Positions 47,313-56,139 of a stretch of 64,000 nt of DNA are shown here, in pieces. The translations under genes and the position numbers were made by a program. Every line of letters begins with the position of its first letter. Within the stretch, counting starts at the first letter, position 1. Below the pieces are notes generated by a model, which was not told the DNA's origin, searched no databases, and saw only the letters and a program-made list of their open reading frames with translations. The stretch lies in the NCBI GenBank assembly GCA_964485195.1, contig CAZAIK010000002.1, positions 1-64,000 of the forward strand. The letters run 5' to 3'. The stretch comes from an uncultured Methanosarcinales archaeon (GTDB lineage: Archaea > Nanobdellota > Nanobdellia > Woesearchaeales > CAIVOO01).

Positions 47313-47615
47313 ATGAGACATAACCTTGTTGAAGAAACTGAGCCTTTTTCTGAAGTATACAAAGCTTCTGACCTTTCCGAGCGGATATGGATTAACAAGA
47401 TACGGGATCAGCTGGCAGAAAAACTGAATGTCGGCAAGAAATTGCGTTTTGACTGGTTCAGGGAGAAAAAACTAAGAAATAAGAGGCTCTCCTTCCTGAT
47501 CAACAGGCGGCTGGGAAAAGCCCTCCTGATAGCCTTCGGAACTAAAAAAGAGCAGCAGAAAATCATTGATTATATCCTTTCTAACAAGGATAAATTTATG
47601 GAATACGTACGCTAG
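47313..47615 (+). CDS. RelE-like toxin-fold protein
   Basis: GKKLRFDWFREKK..KRL.FLI..LLIAFGTKKEQQ. Confidence 0.65.
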   Translation: MRHNLVEETEPFSEVYKASDLSERIWINKIRDQLAEKLNVGKKLRFDWFREKKLRNKRLSFLINRRLGKALLIAFGTKKEQQKIIDYILSNKDKFMEYVR

Positions 47616-47749
47616 CGAACCTTTTTGACTCTTCCCTCCTTTATAGCCTTGGCGCTTGCCTCCATCTGGAGCAGGAGGTCGTCAGCTATTGCTTCCTTTC
47701 TCTTGAGAAGTTTAAATTCCTCCTTTGGTATACAAACTGTCTCTGCCAT
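47612..47749 (-). CDS. Putative 45-aa RelB-like antitoxin, convergent; not in ORF track
   Basis: MAETVCIPKEEFKLLKRKEAIADDLLLQMEASAKAIKEGRVKKVR; own TATA-like box. Confidence 0.65.
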   Translation of the reverse strand: MAETVCIPKEEFKLLKRKEAIADDLLLQMEASAKAIKEGRVKKVR

Positions 47750-47790
47750 AGGATTAGGATGCATTTCTGATTTATAAGTTTTGCGCGGGT

Positions 47791-48312
47791 TTACCAGGAC
47801 CCTTCGTGAACGACATTCCCGAGATTAAGCAATTTTTTATCATCCACTTTTTCTTCATCTGGATAGCCAATCGGAAGGATTGTTATCGGCATTACCTTTT
47901 CAGGAATTGAAAGTATTTTCCTGACATTGTCTGCAATTTCAGGCCTTGACAGCTTGCATCCGCTGATGTAAACAGTGCCCAGCCCCAACTCGTGGGTTGC
48001 AAGAAGAATGTTTTGCGTTGCGCAGACCCCGTCCTCAACATACCTTGACGGGGACTTCTCAGTGTCCACGCACACAACGATTGTGACAGGAGCGGTGAGA
48101 ATATGCTGCCTGTTATCCTCATCTTTCAATTCCGCAAGCTTTTCCCTTTTTTCTTTGTCTTTAACAATTACAAAATGCCAGGGCTGGCAGTCCACAGAGG
48201 AAGGAGCAGCAACAGCGCATTCAAGAATCTCCCTGATTAATTCACCAGGCACTTCCTTATCCAGAAAAAGCCTTCTCGACCTTCTCGTCTTGATGCAGTC
48301 AATTGTTTGCAT
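47791..48312 (-). CDS. Nitroreductase family protein
   Basis: RRSRRLF, APSSVDCQPWHF, LGLGT, PIGYP. Confidence 0.93.
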   Translation of the reverse strand: MQTIDCIKTRRSRRLFLDKEVPGELIREILECAVAAPSSVDCQPWHFVIVKDKEKREKLAELKDEDNRQHILTAPVTIVVCVDTEKSPSRYVEDGVCATQNILLATHELGLGTVYISGCKLSRPEIADNVRKILSIPEKVMPITILPIGYPDEEKVDDKKLLNLGNVVHEGSW

Positions 48313-48361
48313 GGATGAGAATTAATTTGAATGTATTTAAAAGTTTTGTGAGGTTAATAAA

Positions 48362-48640
48362 TCAATACCAGCCCATTAATAACCCAAGTAATCCTAGTAC
48401 CAATAAAAGTGTAGCCGCTGAAGCATTAATCTTTCTTATATAAGGAATCCCTTGTAGCCATATACTTACCCTCTTATTGAACTCAGGAACAGCTACCAGT
48501 ACAAATGAAATAATTATTAATGCTATTGATAGCTCCATATATGCTATAATTAAGCCTCATTTAAGTATCTTATTGAAGATGGAACTTAAATTTATAAACA
48601 ATCCTTTTCTAATTAATCTTATTATAGCATATAATTTTTC
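48362..48640 (-). pseudogene. 5'-truncated membrane-protein relic with in-frame TGA (48557-48559)
   Basis: Frame ..EKLYAIIRLIRKGLFINLSSIFNKILK*GLIIAYMELSIALIIIS..LLMGWY. Confidence 0.45.
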
Positions 48641-48716
48641 AGTTGCCTGGTTTTGTACTAGAACTTCTTATTCTTGACATATTATAGCTTCTTTGCTCTT
48701 TCGTTAGTGTATCCAT
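48639..48716 (-). pseudogene. vsr: Vsr (very short patch repair endonuclease) N-terminal fragment
   Basis: MDTLTKEQRSYNMSRIRSSSTKP is the typical Vsr start; stop after 25 aa. Confidence 0.8.
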
Positions 48717-48847
48717 CTAAAAACAGAAAATGAGTAATTTTTAAATAATTTACTGCAAAATACAGTAATTTATGCCCATAGCGTCGTAGTCCTCGCTACT
48801 GCCTACCTTATATGCTTCCTTTCTTCTCTTGGGGATGGTGTTTTTGA

Positions 48848-48991
48848 ATGGAATTGGCTGTTTTGGGTGCTGGAGGGCTGGCTTTGGGCCTTGTAAGGTT
48901 TGGCAGCAGGTATCTTGCTAACAAAACTCTCAAGGACGACCTTCTGGGATGGGCTCTGGTAACAGCAGGGCTGCTGCTGTTCCTGTTTTGA
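48848..48991 (+). CDS. Putative 47-aa membrane peptide
   Basis: MELAVLGAGGLALGLVRFG...GWALVTAGLLLFLF. Confidence 0.4.
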   Translation: MELAVLGAGGLALGLVRFGSRYLANKTLKDDLLGWALVTAGLLLFLF

Positions 48992-49155
48992 GCTGCGCGC
49001 CCTTGTTTCTCACATTAATACCTTGCAAAGCCAGTAAAGAAACTGTCCATAAAATAATTTCAATTACCGCAGGAGTGGATGTGGCATTCGCAACGCCCAA
49101 TCTTAAGTATATTCATTGATCCCTAACAAAAGCTTTATAAATATGTATTACATAA

Positions 49156-49695
49156 ATGTATCATATGGTACAAAAATGTAGTATAATGCGGGTGGCAGCT
49201 GTTTTTTTCCGTGAGCCCACCAAACAGCACTATCTCAAGGAGATAAGCGCCAAAGCAGGACTGGCCCACACTTCAGCAAAAAAGCACCTTTCAGAACTGA
49301 AAAAGATGCCAATAATAACTGAAACTGCGGAAAAAAGGGGAAAAAGGAATTTTCCTGTTTACAGGGCAGACCTTGAAAGCAAACCCTACAAGAACGCGAA
49401 AAAGCTGTTCAACCTTTCTGAAATAACAAGAATAACCTCCTTCCTGAAAGACAGCCTCGCCCCAAAATCAATAATCCTGTTCGGAAGCTATTCAAGAGGG
49501 GAAGACATAGAGGACAGTGACGTTGACATCTTTCTTGAATGCAAAAAAGCGGATGTTGACATGAAAAATTTTGAAAAAGCCCTGAAAAGGAGGATACAGC
49601 TGCATTTCAATCCCAGTTTTAAGGATTATCCCAGGGAGCTGAGGAACAATATAATCAACGGCATTTTATTGTCAGGTTACTTGGAGGCTTTCTGA
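49156..49695 (+). CDS. HTH-MNT minimal nucleotidyltransferase (antitoxin)
   Basis: N-terminal HTH; LFGSYSRGED..DSDVD. Confidence 0.9.
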   Translation: MYHMVQKCSIMRVAAVFFREPTKQHYLKEISAKAGLAHTSAKKHLSELKKMPIITETAEKRGKRNFPVYRADLESKPYKNAKKLFNLSEITRITSFLKDSLAPKSIILFGSYSRGEDIEDSDVDIFLECKKADVDMKNFEKALKRRIQLHFNPSFKDYPRELRNNIINGILLSGYLEAF

Positions 49696-49696
49696 A

Positions 49697-50090
49697 ATGA
49701 AAACAAAAGTTCAGGTTGACAGGCAAAAAGCAAAAGCCCTTATGAAAATGGCTGACCAGACCCTGGCAAGACTTAAGGAGACAGACCTTGAAAAATACCC
49801 CTCTAACACCCTTACTGACTATTATGACATAGTCCGCAAGATTAAAGATTATGGAGGCGTTATCCCTGTTAAGAGGGGTAAAGGTAAGAGGGGAAGGAGC
49901 TCATCAGGAGCTGATAAGTTACATCTGCAAAGAACATGGCTTTGAAGAGTCAGTAAGGGTTTTTCTGCAGGATATGAGAGACTGCAGGAACAGGATTGCC
50001 TATGAAGGATTCTCAATCAGTAAAAATTACATAACAAACAATGCACAAAGGATAGACAGGATAATTGCAGGGCTAAAAGATTGTTTTTGA
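49697..50090 (+). pseudogene. HEPN-like toxin partner, frameshifted by a 7-bp tandem duplication
   Basis: AAGATTA-AAGATTA at 49838-49851; removing one copy joins YYDIVRKI to MEAL..GAH..RNRIAYEG. Confidence 0.85.
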
Positions 50091-50138
50091 AATTTTCGCA
50101 ACAACATTTAAAAAACATTCCCATTATTCCTCTCATTT

Positions 50139-51899
50139 ATGGCAGGGAGGATTCGCTCACCCATATGCACTGTTGTTGGGCACGTTGACCACGGAAAAAG
50201 CTCAATCCTTGACAGGATTAGAGGGAGCGCTATTGTTGCCTCTGAAGCAGGGGGAATCACCCAGGCAATAGGGGCTTCGATAATTCCTATTTCAACCATC
50301 AGGAAGATTTGCGGGCCTTTGCTTGAAAAGCTGAACATTAACTTCACCATCCCGGGATTGTTGTTCATAGACACCCCTGGGCACGCCGCCTTCACCAACC
50401 TGAGAAGAAGAGGGGGGAATCTTGCTGATATAGCAATACTGGTTGTTGACATTAATGAGGGGTTCAAGCCCCAGACTGTGGAGTCAATAGAAATTCTGAG
50501 GTCTTACAAGACTCCTTTTGTGATAGCTGCGAACAAGATAGACCTGGTACAGGGCTGGCGCTCTGACACTCAAGCTCCCGTCCTGAAAAACATTCAAAAC
50601 CAGGGCGAATCTGTAATCACTGATTTTGAGACAAAGCTTTTTGAGATTGCTGCAAAGACAGCGGAGTTTGGCATGGATTCGGACAGGTTTGACAGGGTTG
50701 AGGATTTCACGAAGAAGATTGCCATAGTTCCCTGTTCGGCAAAGACAGGGGAAGGGATTCCGGAGCTTCTGATGGTGATATCCGGGCTTGCCCAGAGATA
50801 CCTTGGGGGAAGGCTGGCCTGCTCCCTGGAAGATGAAGCTAAAGGAACAATCCTGGAAGTGAAGGAGGAAAAAGGTTTGGGAAAAACCCTTGATGTCATT
50901 CTTTATGACGGCTGCTTAAGTGTCGGGGACACCATAGTAATAGGGGGGGTTGACAGCCCTGTTGTTGCAAAGATAAGGGCCTTGCTGGAGCCGGCCCCGC
51001 TTGAGGAGATGAGGGGCAAGGCAAAGTTCAGGTCTGTGAAGCAGGTTGCAGCGGCTATGGGGGTGAAGATATCTGCTCCCGGAATTGAGGATGCAATAGC
51101 GGGAATGCCCTTGCGCTCTGTGAAAGGTGACATTGAGAAGGTGAAGCAGGAAGTGCAGAAAACAGTTGAGGAGGTTATAGTGCAAACTGGCAGGGAAGGC
51201 ATAATCATTAAGGCAGACACATTGGGCTCTTTGGAAGCTTTGTCAAAAATGTTGAAAGAGGAAAATGTTCCCATAATGAGGGCATCAATAGGCAACATAA
51301 CAAAAAAGGACATCACAGATGCAGAGTCAAATCTTGATAAAGCCCCTCTTCACGCCGCAATACTTGGATTCAACGTGAGGCAGGAAGCTGAAAACCACAC
51401 AAGGGTGAAGATACTTACTAATGATGTCATCTACAAATTAATAGACGGCTTCAAGGAATGGCAAAAGCAGGAAAAAGAGAGGATGGAGGCGGAAAAGCTT
51501 GACAAGCTGGTGAAGCCGTGCAAAATCCAGCTCCTTCCGGGTTATGTCTTCAGGCAGAGCAATCCCGCAGTTGTTGGATGCGAAGTGCTGGCAGGGGAGG
51601 CAAGGACAGGAAATCCCATAATGAACGAGAAAGGAGAATCATTGACTTCAATAAAGCAAATACAGCACGAAAGTGAAAACCTGACTTCGGCCCCGAGGGG
51701 AATGCAGGTGGCGATGTCATTTGAAAACGTCACAGTAGGAAGGCAGATCCACGAGAATGAAATACTCTACAGCGACGTTCCGGAAGATGACTTCAGAAGG
51801 ATGAAGGAACTGGCCCAGTATCTTTCAGATGAGGAGAAGAAACTGCTAAAGGAGATAGCTGGGATAAAACGAAAGCAGAGCGAAGTGTGGGGGATATGA
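50139..51899 (+). CDS. infB: Translation initiation factor aIF5B (IF-2)
   Basis: GHVDHGKS, EAGGITQ, DTPGH, NKID. Confidence 0.97.
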   Translation: MAGRIRSPICTVVGHVDHGKSSILDRIRGSAIVASEAGGITQAIGASIIPISTIRKICGPLLEKLNINFTIPGLLFIDTPGHAAFTNLRRRGGNLADIAILVVDINEGFKPQTVESIEILRSYKTPFVIAANKIDLVQGWRSDTQAPVLKNIQNQGESVITDFETKLFEIAAKTAEFGMDSDRFDRVEDFTKKIAIVPCSAKTGEGIPELLMVISGLAQRYLGGRLACSLEDEAKGTILEVKEEKGLGKTLDVILYDGCLSVGDTIVIGGVDSPVVAKIRALLEPAPLEEMRGKAKFRSVKQVAAAMGVKISAPGIEDAIAGMPLRSVKGDIEKVKQEVQKTVEEVIVQTGREGIIIKADTLGSLEALSKMLKEENVPIMRASIGNITKKDITDAESNLDKAPLHAAILGFNVRQEAENHTRVKILTNDVIYKLIDGFKEWQKQEKERMEAEKLDKLVKPCKIQLLPGYVFRQSNPAVVGCEVLAGEARTGNPIMNEKGESLTSIKQIQHESENLTSAPRGMQVAMSFENVTVGRQIHENEILYSDVPEDDFRRMKELAQYLSDEEKKLLKEIAGIKRKQSEVWGI

Positions 51900-52351
51900 A
51901 GCTGAAAATACTCAACACCAAGGAAATAAAAGACATTAAGAAGAGGATTCTTGAGCAGTGGGGTGTTGATTTCAAGACAGATTACGCTTTCCTACTGTCA
52001 TCAAAAAACAAAATTTATCTTGTTTCCAAGGACATAGCAAAGCTTGAATATGAAAAGTTAAGATTGCAGGTTGTCGGGCTTTATTTCGGCGAGATTATGA
52101 AGAACAAGGAAATAAGGCTTTCCATAGAAGGGAGCCAGCTCATAGGAAGGGAAGCAAAAAAGAATGTTGTTGAAATCTCCCGGAGCCAGGTCAAAAAATG
52201 GCTTTTCGGAGAGGATTTGAGAATAAAGACAGAAAAAGAGGGGTTTGTGATAGTCAAAAGCAATGATGACTTTATGGGAACAGGGAAAATAAAGGGAAAT
52301 GAATTGCTTAACTTTATCCCAAAAACAAGGAGAATCAGCTCCGGCGTTTAG
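51896..52351 (+). CDS. Nip7/RsmF-type PUA-like domain protein
   Basis: GLYFG..IRLSIEGSQLIG..KNVVE..FIPKTRR. Confidence 0.75.
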   Translation: MKLKILNTKEIKDIKKRILEQWGVDFKTDYAFLLSSKNKIYLVSKDIAKLEYEKLRLQVVGLYFGEIMKNKEIRLSIEGSQLIGREAKKNVVEISRSQVKKWLFGEDLRIKTEKEGFVIVKSNDDFMGTGKIKGNELLNFIPKTRRISSGV

Positions 52352-52640
52352 CCATTAACCCTTTCATTGCGGAACAAAGGGTGGTTAGTTCTTTTTTTGC
52401 CTTGTCTTCTGGAAAGACGCGTTCAACACGTCTGGTTTCTTTATCATATTTCATATAATACCAAACACCTGAATCCCCATCCAGGAGTTCTCTTATTGTC
52501 GGGTCAGGTTCAGGCTTGCGGCAATGCCGTTGCCTGACTCTTCCTTGCATAAGCGGTCCGTAAGGAAAACCCATCAGAAGCTCTTCTGTCCGCATACGTT
52601 CCTGCATATAAATATCCGGATCATCGTCCACGCCAAACAT
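52335..52640 (-). CDS. Hypothetical protein
   Basis: ORF with upstream TTTAAA box. Confidence 0.5.
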   Translation of the reverse strand: MFGVDDDPDIYMQERMRTEELLMGFPYGPLMQGRVRQRHCRKPEPDPTIRELLDGDSGVWYYMKYDKETRRVERVFPEDKAKKELTTLCSAMKGLMAKRRS

Positions 52641-52684
52641 ATTATATTAATATCCCAGAAGTTTAAATACTTTTCTCATATTGA

Positions 52685-53599
52685 TCATTCCGAAGACCAG
52701 AAGAATTCATACTGGGGACTGACTGCCTCCTTCACGACTGAACTAACCTCATTCCATCTCTTGGTGTTGAGCCTTCTCCTCATAATTTCTTTCTCCCTCA
52801 GCTTGTGGCTTGCCGTGCTTGACTCATCCTCGGCAGCTTTGTGGGAATTTTCTGTCCTCAGCTGGACCTCGCAAACCCTGCCATCGTGCTCCCCTATGAT
52901 ATGAACTGCCTCGTAGCCGTTGCTTTTCGGGTTCATAAAATAATTCTTCACCTGCAAATTCTCCATTAAGCTTCTTGATATCTTCATAGCTTCCCTTATG
53001 TGCTCATAACCTTCAAAAATACCCCTTATGCCAAACAGGTCCTGCACTATCTCTCCTCTTTCATTTTCAATTGCGTCATTCCTTCTCGGCCTCAGGCCAA
53101 CTATCTTGTCAGTTATCTTTGCAGAGGATTCCTTCACTCTAATCTCTCCCCACTTGAGCTTTTCCTGTTTTTCAGGCAAGTAAATAAAGAATGACTTTGC
53201 GGGGTACATTTCTCCCTTGCAAATCCTGCAGCTGGGAAGGTAATTCTTTGTTCTTTCCTCGTCAGACATCTCTTCAAGAATCTTCTCATACTTATTGTAA
53301 TTGTCCAGCGGAACAATCCTGCCTGTCTCCTCGTGGTCCATATTCTCGCACTGGGCGTTGACCACCCAATTGATCTCATAACCTTCTGGCATGAAAGGAA
53401 ATAGAAGCTTCCTGGCAAGATCGTGAAGAGCAACCTCTCCTTCTTTTAATTCCCTGAAGAAATCCTTCCTTGCAGAAGCTATCAATCCTGAATCACAGAG
53501 AATTGGCTTTCCCCTGTCAACGGACTCCCTTATTCTGCCAAACAACCCCCTCAGGCTTTCTGATTCCACTATTCCCTCAAGAGGGTATTGAAGTATCAT
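52685..53599 (-). CDS. Stand-alone RelA/SpoT-type nucleotide pyrophosphokinase (small alarmone synthetase-like)
   Basis: RVK, DLFGIR, KNY..NPKSNGYEAVH, EVQLRT..SH.AAE, ASH motifs. Confidence 0.85.
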   Translation of the reverse strand: MILQYPLEGIVESESLRGLFGRIRESVDRGKPILCDSGLIASARKDFFRELKEGEVALHDLARKLLFPFMPEGYEINWVVNAQCENMDHEETGRIVPLDNYNKYEKILEEMSDEERTKNYLPSCRICKGEMYPAKSFFIYLPEKQEKLKWGEIRVKESSAKITDKIVGLRPRRNDAIENERGEIVQDLFGIRGIFEGYEHIREAMKISRSLMENLQVKNYFMNPKSNGYEAVHIIGEHDGRVCEVQLRTENSHKAAEDESSTASHKLREKEIMRRRLNTKRWNEVSSVVKEAVSPQYEFFWSSE

Positions 53600-53622
53600 A
53601 GGTATTTTTTAAAGCAAAATTC

Positions 53623-53985
53623 TCAGCAGGGGGTTACCTTGCAAGAATCTGGCTGACTTTGCTCTTTCATTCTTCTTTTAATGTCTCTTGTAGCCTTATA
53701 ATTGTCAAGCATGTTGTTCATCTGTACTGCAACTACATCCTCTAAATATTCTCCAGCAAATCCTGATAACACTACACTTACTAATACTGCAGTCGGAAAT
53801 AATGTTTTGAAGTACAGGGTTTCACAAGATGCCCAAGAAGCTGCACATACTCCTGCGTATGCTAGCAGAGGAGCAGTAATTGATGCTGCAGTAACTAAGG
53901 TTCCTTTAGCTACTTCTTTTCTGGCCTGCCTTAACTGATACTCCAAGCTGAGCTCTTTATCTTCCTGAACTATTTCCTGGATCAT
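53623..53985 (-). CDS. Small 2-TM membrane protein
   Basis: Hydrophobic segments. Confidence 0.6.
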   Translation of the reverse strand: MIQEIVQEDKELSLEYQLRQARKEVAKGTLVTAASITAPLLAYAGVCAASWASCETLYFKTLFPTAVLVSVVLSGFAGEYLEDVVAVQMNNMLDNYKATRDIKRRMKEQSQPDSCKVTPC

Positions 53986-54020
53986 GGCATTTTGTTAAAA
54001 TAACTTATTTATAAACTTTT

Positions 54021-54737
54021 CTATTGTAACAACTTCTTAGTGGTATCTTTTATGTATCTGAGTTCGTGAAAGGAAAGCATCCTGACATTCTTCTCCAAAG
54101 TCCTCTTATTAAGCCCCATTTTTTCAATAACCCCTCTTGCCTGCTTTTTTGTCCTGCCAGTTGAGTCAGCAATTGCCTCTCTCAAGGCGTTCTTTGTCTT
54201 TTTTGTGGGCTGCAAGGACATTTTTTCCATTACAGGACTGCCTTGTTTCTTTCTCACTTCAACAATAAAGGAGTCTGTCTTTGGAACAGGGCTGAATTTC
54301 TCCTTCCCAATCCTTTTTATTTTCCTGACATCCAGAAACTCGTTTTTCAGGAATGACAAGGAAGTCTCGTTGCCTTCCATTTTCTTCACGAAGCTCTCAG
54401 GCAAAATCAGGACAGCCTTTTTGAAGTGGTGCAGAATAAGCTCCCTGAACAAGGGCTCGCATATGGCATAGGGCACGCTTGAAATAAGGTAGTCAAATTC
54501 TCTGTTTTTTATGTTATCAACACCGTCCCCGTGAATTTTTTTTGCATCCTTTTTTATTCCCTTCAGGAGTTTTTCATCCTTCTCAATGATTGTCAGGTTG
54601 CATTCCGGAATGAATTTTGTTAATTCCCCGTGCCCCGGCCCTATTTCAACAACAGCATCACTCTTCCTGATCTTACACAGGGAAACAGCTAACTTTGCAA
54701 CTTCATCATCCTGGAGAAAATGCTGGTCAAGCTTCAT
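54021..54737 (-). CDS. rsmA: 16S rRNA dimethyladenosine transferase KsgA/Dim1
   Basis: QHFL, EIGPGHG, SSVPYAI, FSPVPKTDS. Confidence 0.9.
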   Translation of the reverse strand: MKLDQHFLQDDEVAKLAVSLCKIRKSDAVVEIGPGHGELTKFIPECNLTIIEKDEKLLKGIKKDAKKIHGDGVDNIKNREFDYLISSVPYAICEPLFRELILHHFKKAVLILPESFVKKMEGNETSLSFLKNEFLDVRKIKRIGKEKFSPVPKTDSFIVEVRKKQGSPVMEKMSLQPTKKTKNALREAIADSTGRTKKQARGVIEKMGLNKRTLEKNVRMLSFHELRYIKDTTKKLLQ

Positions 54738-55191
54738 TTTGTTTTATGTCAGCGACTACTGGTTTAGCAATGTTTATTAAATCCTCTCTTTTTAATTCAA
54801 TTCCTGCAATAGGGTTTCCTGAACTGATGCTGACATTTTCCTTTTCTTCAATTCCCTTGTCTAATATTACAGGAATGTCCACGAGCAAAGGGGGAATTGC
54901 GCCCATTTCATAGCCGGTTACTTCCTCAATCTCTTTCTCAGACGCAAAATTCAGCCTTTTGCATTTCAGAACCCCCCTCACTTTCCTTAAATCAATCTTC
55001 CTGTCTGCAGTGCAGCATGTCAAAAAATAGTTGTTGTCCTTGTCAGCAAGCAGAATGCATTTTATCATCTCATCCAAAGGAATGTTTCTTTCTTTTGCAG
55101 CATCCTCGCAGGTGTAAACTGGTTTTTTATGAGGCAGTAATCTGTAGGGGATATTCAGGGAATCCAGGTATTTGGTTATTTTTGTCTCCAT
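54727..55191 (-). CDS. YbaK/EbsC aminoacyl-tRNA deacylase family
   Basis: IKCILL, TGYEMGAIPP, SSGNP. Confidence 0.9.
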   Translation of the reverse strand: METKITKYLDSLNIPYRLLPHKKPVYTCEDAAKERNIPLDEMIKCILLADKDNNYFLTCCTADRKIDLRKVRGVLKCKRLNFASEKEIEEVTGYEMGAIPPLLVDIPVILDKGIEEKENVSISSGNPIAGIELKREDLINIAKPVVADIKQNEA

Positions 55192-55223
55192 TGCCTGTTA
55201 AAAAGAAAAGCTGGTTTAAAACA

Positions 55224-55988
55224 TTAATGCATCTGCTCAGGGGAGGGCGTTTCTTCAGATTCTTCTGAAGAGCCTAGCTCAATCACTATCAAACTTTCGG
55301 GAACCATTCCCCGCAATGCCCTATTGCCCATCTCAGCGGCAAAATTCACACTTAATATTTGTTTATAATAATCATCCATGCCTTTTATGTCTCCGGGCGT
55401 TAATACATCATAAACAATATCAACTATCCTTTTAACTTCCTGCTTGTCATAGTCTTTGGAACTGACCAGGAATATTTCTGAGCCGTAAACCCTGTGCTTT
55501 ATCAATTTGTGGATATCTGATTTCCTGGGCAGTTTTTCGTCGTCCAGATTTAACCTAATGGACCATCTTGCCCCAATACCTCTTTTTTGAAGGTCCTCTT
55601 TATCCAAAGCGTTTACATATTCTGGAAGCGAGCCATTTATCCTGATGAGATTGCCCTCATTCAGGATTCCGTAAGCTATGGCAAGACAATCATATGGCTT
55701 TTCTTCAGGGTCTGCACTGGCAAGCTTTTTCTTTATATCCCTCTGCACTTCCTGAAGCTTTTCAGGAGACATTTTTTTTATTATCTCTGATTCAAGCTGG
55801 CTTAACTTTTCAGAGCCGCTGAGCTTCAAGTCGTAATATTCCAACATTCTATATAAGGAAGGATATTTCTGCCTTTGAAGAAGAATGATGTCCCTGCACT
55901 CGTCATCTATCCTTCCAACCCTTCTGCTTTCTTCACTGACAAAAACAGTGTCCCTGATCTCATTCCTGTAGCCGGGTATGTATATCAT
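55224..55988 (-). CDS. Hypothetical protein
   Basis: 254-aa ORF with TATA upstream. Confidence 0.6.
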   Translation of the reverse strand: MIYIPGYRNEIRDTVFVSEESRRVGRIDDECRDIILLQRQKYPSLYRMLEYYDLKLSGSEKLSQLESEIIKKMSPEKLQEVQRDIKKKLASADPEEKPYDCLAIAYGILNEGNLIRINGSLPEYVNALDKEDLQKRGIGARWSIRLNLDDEKLPRKSDIHKLIKHRVYGSEIFLVSSKDYDKQEVKRIVDIVYDVLTPGDIKGMDDYYKQILSVNFAAEMGNRALRGMVPESLIVIELGSSEESEETPSPEQMH

Positions 55989-56043
55989 GAAAATTTACAT
56001 AAACATATAATTTATAAAACTTTTGAATGTAACCACTTAAAAG

Positions 56044-56139
56044 TTATACAGGGACCAGTACAAATGCGTAAAGAACAATGATTATAACAACAAAGGCAAG
56101 CGCCACACACAGCCATATTATCTTGTCATTTTTGCTCAT
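56044..56139 (-). CDS. Putative 31-aa single-TM microprotein; not in ORF track
   Basis: MSKNDKIIWLCVALAFVVIIIVLYAFVLVPV; overlaps the HAD stop. Confidence 0.55.
   Translation of the reverse strand: MSKNDKIIWLCVALAFVVIIIVLYAFVLVPV

Noticed and set aside
48646..48650. Dcm site (CCWGG) at the Vsr truncation point
   Set aside because: A 5-bp motif that is frequent in this sequence; likely coincidence.
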